This document shows, in pieces, positions 37,233 to 43,429 of a stretch of DNA of 43,429 nt; the stretch's first letter is position 1, and every line of letters starts with the position of its first letter. Source of the stretch: a bacterium. GTDB taxonomy: Bacteria; Sysuimicrobiota; Sysuimicrobiia; Sysuimicrobiales; Humicultoraceae. The position numbers and the translations under genes were made by a program. The notes beneath the pieces were generated by a model. That model had not been told where the DNA came from, did not search any database, and saw only the letters and a program-made list of their open reading frames with translations. Where the stretch lies: contig JBGQGY010000013.1 in NCBI GenBank assembly GCA_041497675.1, positions 1-43,429 of the forward strand, in the 5' to 3' direction.

Positions 37233-38236
37233 CGCCCGTCCGCGTGGCGGTCATCGGGGTCGGGCAGCCCTTTCATCACCTGCCGGCGCTTGCGCGCATC
37301 GAGGGCGCGGCGCTGGTGGCCCTGTGCGACGTCAGCGAGAGTCGACTGCAAGAGGCGGGGCGGACCTACGGGGTCTCGGCACTCTTCACCGACTACCGGG
37401 TGATGCTGGAGCGCGCGAAGCCCAACGCCGTGTACGTCCTCCCGAGCGTGGCCCGCACGGTCGAGGTGGCATCCGAATGTCTCGATCGCGGGTTTGCCTG
37501 CTTCATCGAGAAACCACCGGGCATCAAGGCGGCCGACACGCGCGGTCTGGCGCAGCAGGCGCGGCGGCGCGGGGTCACGGTCATGGTGGGATTCAACCGG
37601 CGGTTTCACCCGCTGGTCACGGCGGCGCGCGCGGCCATGACCGGCCACGGGCGGCCGTCGTCGGTGATTGCCGAGTGGTGGAAGCCGCTGCTGATGGACG
37701 ACATGGGACGCACCTTCCCGCCGGTGGTGCTCGACAACCTGTTGTCCGTGACGACGGTCCACAGCGTCGACACGCTGCGGTTTCTCGGGGGCGACGTCGA
37801 CGAGATCCTCGGGGTGGCCGGCCGGTGGTACAGTCCGTACCCGGACGCGGTGCACGCACTGCTGCGATTTCGTGGTGGTGGGGTCGGCGTGCTGCTGAGC
37901 GACTATCACACCACGAAGGTCGAGCGGTTGCAGATACACGGCGAGGGTGTGTTGATCGAACTGCACGGGACCGGCGCGCCGTACCGGGAAGGCCGCATTT
38001 TCGCCGCGGGCCGGTGGGCGCCGCTCGCGCCCGCCCCCGGCGACCGCACCGACCCCGACGGTTTCTTCGACGAAGATCAGCACTTCATCGCTTGTGTGGC
38101 CTCGGGGAGGTCCGTCGGGCCTGAGGGCGCCGATCTGGACGATGCCGTCCACACCATGGCCCTGGCAGAGGCGATCATGCAGGCGGCGCGTCAGGGCTGG
38201 GAGGGACGGTCACCGGCCCGCGTCGAGGGATCCTGA
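37229..38236 (+). CDS. Gfo/Idh/MocA family oxidoreductase #1
   Basis: ATGA overlap; VAVIGVG, IEKP, VGFNRRF, HSVD. Confidence 0.88.
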   Translation: MTPVRVAVIGVGQPFHHLPALARIEGAALVALCDVSESRLQEAGRTYGVSALFTDYRVMLERAKPNAVYVLPSVARTVEVASECLDRGFACFIEKPPGIKAADTRGLAQQARRRGVTVMVGFNRRFHPLVTAARAAMTGHGRPSSVIAEWWKPLLMDDMGRTFPPVVLDNLLSVTTVHSVDTLRFLGGDVDEILGVAGRWYSPYPDAVHALLRFRGGGVGVLLSDYHTTKVERLQIHGEGVLIELHGTGAPYREGRIFAAGRWAPLAPAPGDRTDPDGFFDEDQHFIACVASGRSVGPEGADLDDAVHTMALAEAIMQAARQGWEGRSPARVEGS

Positions 38237-39360
38237 TGATGATGGCCGATCTGGATACCCCCGTACTCGTCGTCGATCTCCCCCGGATGGAGCGCAACAT
38301 TCGCCGCATGGCGGACTTCGGACGCGAGGCCGGCGTCAAGGTGCGCCCACACGTCAAGACGCACAAGACCCCGGCGCTGGCCCACATGCAACTCGCGGCC
38401 GGCGCGACCGGTGTGACGGTTGCCAAACTCGGCGAGGCCGAGGTGATGGTCGATGCCGGGATCACCGACGTCCTGGTGTGCTATCCGATCGTCGGCGAAG
38501 ACAAACTCCTCCGCCTGGCCCATCTGGCCCGCCGCGCGAAGATGAGCGTTGCGCTGGATTCCTTTGAGGTGGCCGAGGGACTCGCGAAGACCGCCAGGGA
38601 ACACGGCGTGCACTTCGACCTGCTGGTGGAGATCGACTCGGGTCTCAACCGCTGCGGCCTGCCCCCGGGCGAGCCCGTCGTGGCGCTGGTGCAGCGGATC
38701 GTCCGGCTCACCGGTGTGACGGTCATCGGTCTGCTGACCCACGCCGGGCATGCCACCCGTGCGATTGCCCCCGACGAGCGAGACGCCATCGGCCGGTACG
38801 AGGGTGACTGCGTCGTCACGACCAAAATGCTGATCGAGGCGGCCGGGGTCCCGATCCGTGAGGTGAGCGTGGGCTCGTCGGCGACCGTCCGCGTCTCCGG
38901 CCGCGTGCCGGGGGTTACCGAGATCCGTCCGGGCACGTATATCTTCAACGACTTCATGCAGATGACTGTTGGCGCCTGCGCCGAGGAAGACTGCGCGCTC
39001 ACGGTGGTGAGCACGGTGGTAAGCTGGCCCGCGCCCGATCGCGCCATCGTCGACGCGGGGAGCAAGTGTCTGAGCAGCGACTTCCACCGGGCGAACAGCC
39101 GCATGACGGGTTATGGGTACGTGAAGGGCAGCGGCGGCGGATTGACTGTGGCGCGCGTAAGTGAAGAACATGGTGTGATCCAATTGTCTGAAGGATGGCC
39201 GCTGTCCGAAGGACAGCGGCCGATTTCGATCGGCGACCGGATCGAGATCGTCCCGAACCACGCCTGCGGCGCGCTGAATCTCTGGGACACGCTGGTCGGT
39301 GTTCGCGATGGTGACGTCGAAGCCGTGTGGCCGGTGCTGGCCCGAGGCAAGGTGCGGTGA
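38236..39360 (+). CDS. D-threonine aldolase / DSD1-type PLP enzyme (alanine racemase-like fold III)
   Basis: LDTP.LVVD, RPHVKTHK (PLP Lys), EIRPGTYIFND, DAGSK, SEEHG, PNHAC. Confidence 0.9.
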   Translation: MMMADLDTPVLVVDLPRMERNIRRMADFGREAGVKVRPHVKTHKTPALAHMQLAAGATGVTVAKLGEAEVMVDAGITDVLVCYPIVGEDKLLRLAHLARRAKMSVALDSFEVAEGLAKTAREHGVHFDLLVEIDSGLNRCGLPPGEPVVALVQRIVRLTGVTVIGLLTHAGHATRAIAPDERDAIGRYEGDCVVTTKMLIEAAGVPIREVSVGSSATVRVSGRVPGVTEIRPGTYIFNDFMQMTVGACAEEDCALTVVSTVVSWPAPDRAIVDAGSKCLSSDFHRANSRMTGYGYVKGSGGGLTVARVSEEHGVIQLSEGWPLSEGQRPISIGDRIEIVPNHACGALNLWDTLVGVRDGDVEAVWPVLARGKVR

Positions 39361-40409
39361 TCTACCGCGCCGCGATTGTCGGCTGCGGCCGCAAGGCGGC
39401 GACGCTCGACGACGAGGTTCGGTGCCGCATCAACTACAGCATTCCGCCGGATACGCACGCGGCGGCGTACCAAGTGATCCCGGCGGTCAGCCTGGTCGCC
39501 GCCGCCGATCCCAACGAGTCGAAGCGCCGTCTGATGCAGGCCCGCTACCGCATACGGGCGGTCTACGCCGACTACCGCGAGATGTTCGCGCGCGAACGCC
39601 CCGATCTGGTCAGCGTTACCACCCGCGCCCCGCTGCACGCGGAGGTGACGATTGCCGCCGCCGAAGCGGGCGCGAAGGGCGTCGTGTGCGAGAAGGCCAT
39701 GGCGACGAACCTGGATGAGGCCGACGCCATGATCGAGGCCTGCCGGCGCGCGGGGACGGTCTTGGTCATCAACCATACGCGGCGCTGGCACCCCACGTTT
39801 GAGCGCTCGGCGCGCCTGGTGCGCGGCGGCGCGATCGGCACGCTGCGCTGCGTCATCGGCGTCTGCCCCGGCCCGCTGATCCACAATGGGACGCACCTGT
39901 TCGATCTCATGAGGATGTTCGGCGGTGAGGTCGCGTGGGTCACCGGGGACGTGCGCTCGGACGCGCTCGAGGACGCGCCCGGCCGCGCGATGCTCGGGTT
40001 CCGCGACGGCGCCGTAGGACTTGTCGATTTGGACAGCGCCGTGGGGCTGGCGGTCGAACTGCAGGGGACCTCGGGGCGTCTGTTCATCGATCCTACAGAA
40101 GACGGCCTCACCCTGTGGGAGTATCGCGACCCGCCGCCGCCCGCGGGCCAACAGGCGTGGTATCAGGGCCGGCCGTGCCGGGAGCGCGTCGTGCGACACG
40201 TGCCGGGAGGCGGCGGCCGGGGGACGCTGGTCGCCGCCATCGAAGAACTGATCGCGTCGATCGACGCCGGGCGCGAGAACCGGTCGAGCGGTGAAGATGG
40301 GCGGGCGGCGCTGGAGATCGCGCTCGCAACCTACTCATCGCACGCTCGCGGCGGCGCGCGTGTCGCGCTGCCGCTGCCCGTGCGCGGTCTCACCGTCATC
40401 TCACGATAG
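39357..40409 (+). CDS. Gfo/Idh/MocA family oxidoreductase #2
   Basis: GTGA overlap; AAIVGCG, CEKAMA, NHTRRW, NGTHLFD. Confidence 0.88.
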   Translation: MIYRAAIVGCGRKAATLDDEVRCRINYSIPPDTHAAAYQVIPAVSLVAAADPNESKRRLMQARYRIRAVYADYREMFARERPDLVSVTTRAPLHAEVTIAAAEAGAKGVVCEKAMATNLDEADAMIEACRRAGTVLVINHTRRWHPTFERSARLVRGGAIGTLRCVIGVCPGPLIHNGTHLFDLMRMFGGEVAWVTGDVRSDALEDAPGRAMLGFRDGAVGLVDLDSAVGLAVELQGTSGRLFIDPTEDGLTLWEYRDPPPPAGQQAWYQGRPCRERVVRHVPGGGGRGTLVAAIEELIASIDAGRENRSSGEDGRAALEIALATYSSHARGGARVALPLPVRGLTVISR

Positions 40410-40449
40410 CCGCACACCGGGTGACGGCCCGAGGGAGGGACGGGTACGC

Positions 40450-41619
40450 GTGTCATCGGTGCTGTTGCGAAACGGCAAGGCGATGCAGTTGCAGGGCGTG
40501 TCCAACGGCGCCCATGTCGACATCGGTATTGATCGCAGCGGCCGGGTGATCCTGGCCGGAGCCTGGGACGGTCGCCAACCGTTCGATCGAACGGTCGATC
40601 TGCGCGACGCGTGGATCTCGCCGGCGTGGATCGACCTGCACGTGCACTGCTACTACGGCGGCACGTGGCTCTCCCTGCGGCCCGAGCAGATCGGCCCGGC
40701 GGCGGGTGTCGGTCTCTTGGTGGATTGCGGGAGCGCGGGCGCCGCGAACTTTGCGGGGCTACGCGAGTTCATCATCGAGCCGTCCCCATTTCCCATTCTC
40801 GCCTACCTGAATATCAGTCTGATCGGTTTGGTCGCGGCCAATCGCGTCAGCGAGCTCATCGGCGACGCCGTGCTCGATCCGGTGCGGACCGCGGCGTGTG
40901 TGGAGGCGCACCGTGACCTCATCCGGGGTATCAAGGTGCGGGCCAGTAACCAGGTCGTTCGTGAGTGGGGCATGGCGCCGGTCCGCGTGGCTAAGCAGGT
41001 GGCGCGCGCTGTTGGGCTGCCGTTGATCGTCCACATCGGCGAAGCGCCCCCCACGCTCGGCGAGATACTCGACATCCTCGAACCCGGTGACGTCGTCACG
41101 CACTGCTTTACCGGTCGGATCACCACGTCGATCGGTCGGCACGAGCCGTACTTTCGGCGGGTGCAAGACATGGCGGCGCAGGGCCTGATTCTTGATCTGG
41201 GGCACGGGCAGGGGAGTTTCAACTACCAGACCGCGCGCAGGGCTGTCGAGCGGGGTCTGCTGCCGCACGTGATCAGTACCGACCTGCACGTTGGCTGCAT
41301 CTGGGGGCCCGCGTGGGACCTGGCGACCACCATGTCCAAGATGCTCGCGGTGGGGATGTCTCCAACCGACGTCGTGGAGCGTGTGACTGCGGGTCCGGCG
41401 CGGTTTCTGCGCCTGGAACATTGGGGGGCCGTTCACACGGGCACGCCAGCGCGGTTTACGGCATATGAGATCAGCGAGGGCAGCGAGAGACTCCCGGATT
41501 CTGACGGAACCCTGGAGACGATTCGGGGATTCTACGAGCCACGATACACGATCATCGGCGACACGGTGACCCCCGCCGCGCGCAACACCATCCGGGATCG
41601 AACGAGCGTTTCGATCTAG
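40450..41619 (+). CDS. Amidohydrolase-superfamily metallo-deacylase (dihydroorotase-like)
   Basis: PAWIDLHVH, DCGSAG, GIKVRAS, VHIGE, THCF, DLGHG, ISTDLH metal-binding motifs; GAGGGAGG SD before GTG 40450. Confidence 0.85.
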   Translation: MSSVLLRNGKAMQLQGVSNGAHVDIGIDRSGRVILAGAWDGRQPFDRTVDLRDAWISPAWIDLHVHCYYGGTWLSLRPEQIGPAAGVGLLVDCGSAGAANFAGLREFIIEPSPFPILAYLNISLIGLVAANRVSELIGDAVLDPVRTAACVEAHRDLIRGIKVRASNQVVREWGMAPVRVAKQVARAVGLPLIVHIGEAPPTLGEILDILEPGDVVTHCFTGRITTSIGRHEPYFRRVQDMAAQGLILDLGHGQGSFNYQTARRAVERGLLPHVISTDLHVGCIWGPAWDLATTMSKMLAVGMSPTDVVERVTAGPARFLRLEHWGAVHTGTPARFTAYEISEGSERLPDSDGTLETIRGFYEPRYTIIGDTVTPAARNTIRDRTSVSI

Positions 41620-41684
41620 GAACCGGGAGGAAGCCGCACGCGCAGTCGCCAAGTGCATTAGACAGGCACCTCGGGGGGGGACGC

Positions 41685-42884
41685 GTGGATCCAATCACCA
41701 GGCGGATCCGGGACCTCGTGGATCGTGAACGAGCGTTCCGGGCCAGGGATCTCTACTTCTATCTCCAGCCGGTTGAGGCCGTGGACGGCGCCTACGCTGT
41801 GATCGGTGGTCGCCGGATGCTCATGGCGTCGTCCTATTCGTATCTCGGCCTCATCGGGCACGCTGCCATTGAAGAGGCGGCGAGAGATGCGGTGACCCGC
41901 TACGGCACCGGCACGCACGGTGTCCGGCTGCTCGCCGGCAACACCGACCTGCACGACCGGCTTGAGCGCCGTCTCGCCGTCTTCACCCGCGCGGAGGCCG
42001 CGGTCGTGTATTCGAGCGGGTACCTGGCCAACTTTGCCGCCATCTCGGCGCTGATCGGCCGGGGCGACGTCGTCGTCTGTGACAAGCTCGATCACGCCAG
42101 CATCGTCGATGGGTGCCTGCTGTCCGGCGCGCGTTTCATCCGTGTCCCGCACAACGACATCGCGGCCTTCGACCGCGAACTGGCTCGGGTGCCGGAGGGT
42201 TCGAGCGCGCTGGTCGTTGTCGATGCGGTCTTCAGCATGGACGGCGATGTCATCGACCTGCCGCCGCTGGTCGATGTCTGCCGGCGGCGCAACGCCTGGC
42301 TGATGGTTGACGAGTCTCACTCGCTGGGAGTGTTGGGTGAAGCCGGCCGGGGTATCGAGTCGCACTTCGGGCTGGAGGGCGCTGTCCAGATCAAGATGAG
42401 TTCGCTTTCGAAGAGCGTTCCCTCGCTTGGTGGCTACGTCGCCGGATCGTCTGAGATGGTGACCTATCTCAAGCACGCGTCGCGGGCGTTCATTTTCTCG
42501 GCTTCGCTTGCCCCAGCCAGCACGGCAGCGGTGATTGCGAGCCTCGATGTCATGGAATCTGAGCCCGGACGCGTGGTGCGCCTGCAGGCAAATATTCGCC
42601 GCCTACGAGCGGGGTTGCGCGCGGCCGGCGTCCCCGTGCGTGATGATCCCACGCCGATTGTTCCGGTGATCACGGGTGACGATGACGCTGCGCTGCGCAT
42701 GGCGCGGTATCTTTTCGACCGCGACGTCTTCGCGCTCCCGGTCCTGTCACCGGCCGTCCCACCGCACACGAGCCGGCTGCGGATCACGGTGACCGCCGCC
42801 CACACCGACGCGCAGGTGGACGAAGTCGCCAGCGCGGTCGCGGCGGCCTGGCGCCAGGTCGTGCCGGCCCTCGTGAAGGACTGA
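41685..42884 (+). CDS. Alpha-oxoamine synthase family PLP enzyme (BioF/Kbl/serine palmitoyltransferase-like)
   Basis: SYLGL, DKLDHASIVDG, HND, VFSMDGD, DESHSLG, SLSKS (PLP Lys), FIFSASL, RLRITV. Confidence 0.88.
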   Translation: MDPITRRIRDLVDRERAFRARDLYFYLQPVEAVDGAYAVIGGRRMLMASSYSYLGLIGHAAIEEAARDAVTRYGTGTHGVRLLAGNTDLHDRLERRLAVFTRAEAAVVYSSGYLANFAAISALIGRGDVVVCDKLDHASIVDGCLLSGARFIRVPHNDIAAFDRELARVPEGSSALVVVDAVFSMDGDVIDLPPLVDVCRRRNAWLMVDESHSLGVLGEAGRGIESHFGLEGAVQIKMSSLSKSVPSLGGYVAGSSEMVTYLKHASRAFIFSASLAPASTAAVIASLDVMESEPGRVVRLQANIRRLRAGLRAAGVPVRDDPTPIVPVITGDDDAALRMARYLFDRDVFALPVLSPAVPPHTSRLRITVTAAHTDAQVDEVASAVAAAWRQVVPALVKD

Positions 42885-42902
42885 TCGCTGGGAGGGGCAC
42901 CG

Positions 42903-43429
42903 ATGGGCGACATCGTCAACATCATCTGGATTCTCGTGCTGCTGCAGGTGTTTATCCCGCTCATCCAGCAGCGGATGCAGGCGGGGCGCCGGCTCATGGC
43001 GATCCGCGCCATTGAGACGCGGCGGAACTCTCGAGTGATCACCATGATCCACCGTCAGGAGACGATGAGCCTGCTCGGGCTGCCTATCGCCCGCTACATC
43101 GACATCGAGGACTCCGAACAGGTCCTCCGCGCGATACGGCTGACGCCCCCGGAGATGCCGATCGACATCATCCTGCACACCCCCGGCGGGCTCGTGCTCG
43201 CCGCGGAGCAGATCGCGTCGGCGTTGAAGCGGCACAAAGGGAATGTCACCGTGTTTGTCCCGCACTACGCCATGTCCGGCGGGACGTTGCTCGCCCTGGC
43301 GGCCGACGAGATCGTGATGGATCCCGACGCGGTCCTCGGACCGGTCGATCCGCAATTGGGCGGCCCGCAGGGCAGTTATCCCGCGGCGTCGATCCTCAAG
43401 GCCCTCGAACAGCCCAACCCCAATCGCGA
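42903..43429 (+). CDS. SDH_sah / ClpP-class periplasmic serine protease (3' truncated by window edge)
   Basis: Not in the ORF track because there is no stop in the window. GGAGGGG SD; translation gives MGDIVNIIWILVLLQVFIP...IHRQETMSLLG.P..RYIDIEDSEQVLRAI...LHTPGGLVLAAEQIA...PHYAMSGGT...LGPVDPQ. Confidence 0.88.
   Translation, partial: MGDIVNIIWILVLLQVFIPLIQQRMQAGRRLMAIRAIETRRNSRVITMIHRQETMSLLGLPIARYIDIEDSEQVLRAIRLTPPEMPIDIILHTPGGLVLAAEQIASALKRHKGNVTVFVPHYAMSGGTLLALAADEIVMDPDAVLGPVDPQLGGPQGSYPAASILKALEQPNPNR

Noticed and set aside
1..43429. CRISPR arrays, tRNA/rRNA genes, transposases, integrases or defence systems
   Set aside because: No regularly spaced repeats, cloverleaf-like sequences or mobile-element protein motifs were seen; nearly all sequence is accounted for by the listed genes.

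Overview
A GC-rich bacterial window, with almost all genes on the + strand and four blocks. (1) 1-505: the 3' end of an ATP-dependent DNA ligase. (2) ~800-30900: a ~30 kb surface-polysaccharide locus. It opens with a NusG-paralog antiterminator gene, an 83-aa unannotated ORF and a structured RNA leader ending in a strong intrinsic terminator (1711-1761). Then follow about 25 tightly coupled genes: Wza-like export protein, Wzc-like co-polymerase, Wzm/Wzt ABC transporter, a Wzy-like membrane protein, about 11 glycosyltransferases, 2 methyltransferases, 2 DegT aminotransferases, a cupin, an epimerase, a UDP-sugar dehydrogenase, a secreted beta-helix protein and a WecA-type fusion. No Wzx flippase is visible. 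(3) ~30970-41620: an SDR and a convergent CHRD gene separated by a long hairpin, then a GntR-led catabolic operon (sugar ABC importer without ATPase, FAH hydrolase, two Gfo/Idh/MocA enzymes, D-threonine-aldolase-like PLP enzyme, amidohydrolase). (4) 41685-end: an alpha-oxoamine synthase and a truncated SDH/ClpP-class protease. The most interesting candidate system is the regulatory head of the polysaccharide operon (NusG paralog + small YezD/DUF2292-like protein + switchable RNA attenuator), followed by the hybrid Wza/Wzc + Wzm/Wzt + Wzy export architecture. All family calls come from motif recognition by eye; no database searches or folding programs were run. No rRNA, tRNA, CRISPR array or transposase was seen.
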